DNA of 64,000 nt from an uncultured Bacteroidota bacterium (GTDB lineage: Bacteria; Bacteroidota; Ignavibacteria; UBA10030; UBA6906). This document shows positions 63,588-64,000 of the stretch, in pieces. Both the position numbers and the translations under genes were made by a program. Position 1 is the first letter of the stretch. Each line of letters opens with the position of its first letter. Location: the NCBI GenBank assembly GCA_963700635.1, contig CAVOYH010000003.1:896001-960000 (forward strand), in the 5' to 3' direction. Below the pieces are notes generated by a model. That model searched no databases, had not been told where the DNA came from, and was given only the letters and a program-made list of their open reading frames with translations.

Positions 63588-64000
63588 GTGAACATCCTGC
63601 TGACAAATTCCACCGATATTTTTGCGGGTGGGGAAGATTACGTTCTTATTCTTGCAAAATATCTCCGGGCGCGCGGTCATGCCCTCTGGGTGTCCGCCCT
63701 GCCGGGGCATCTCCTTCTGGAGAAATGTGCGACAGCCGGACTTCCGACCCTTCCGATAGCGTATAGCGGTATGGACCGGGTGTTTGCCGTATCCCGCACA
63801 CTGCGCGCACATCTGCGCGCGTTGAACATCCACATTGTCCACAGTAATGCCAACTACGACCGGACCTGCGCCGCGCTGGCAGCAGGATGGTCCCGCACGC
63901 GCCACGTTGCGGGTATTCATAGCACACACTCCATTCAGCATAACCTCACACACTGGCTGCGGAACCGGTACGGCACTGCCCATTTTATCACCGACGCGGA
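63588..64000 (+). CDS. Glycosyltransferase family 4, N-terminal part (runs off window; not in ORF track)
   Basis: Manual translation from GTG: MNILLTNSTDIFAGGEDYVLILAKYLRARGH...IHIVHSN. Confidence 0.85.
   Translation, partial: MNILLTNSTDIFAGGEDYVLILAKYLRARGHALWVSALPGHLLLEKCATAGLPTLPIAYSGMDRVFAVSRTLRAHLRALNIHIVHSNANYDRTCAALAAGWSRTRHVAGIHSTHSIQHNLTHWLRNRYGTAHFITDA

Overview
Gene-dense, mostly housekeeping chromosomal segment of roughly 55-60% GC (estimated by eye). It comes from a diderm bacterium that, from gene content, is probably in the Ignavibacteriota/Bacteroidota (FCB) group; this is an inference. Core genes include ligA, hup, dinG, acpS, xerD, lysA, ddl, ftsB, rarA, lptD, tig-clpP-clpX, mutS, pepF, pyruvate:ferredoxin oxidoreductase and tRNA-Pro(GGG)/tRNA-Leu(TAG). 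There are three sensor kinases and no adjacent response regulator. I saw no mobile element, prophage or CRISPR array. The most notable items are: (1) a complete cobalamin riboswitch with an apparent OFF-type terminator/antiterminator in front of a split class II (B12-dependent) ribonucleotide reductase with large insertions; (2) a triad of PilV/PilW/PilX-like genes lacking prepilin cleavage sites, behind a putative sigma54 promoter; (3) a membrane-anchored DtxR-2xFeoA regulator with a split FeoB; (4) a secreted two-repeat His-motif helical protein downstream of PFOR and a DHOD-like gene; (5) a QseE/QseG-like kinase-lipoprotein pair; (6) a stand-alone C39/phytochelatin-synthase-like peptidase; (7) a recurrent CG-extended -10 promoter motif with likely leaderless genes. 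All calls are from reading motifs by eye; no searches were run.
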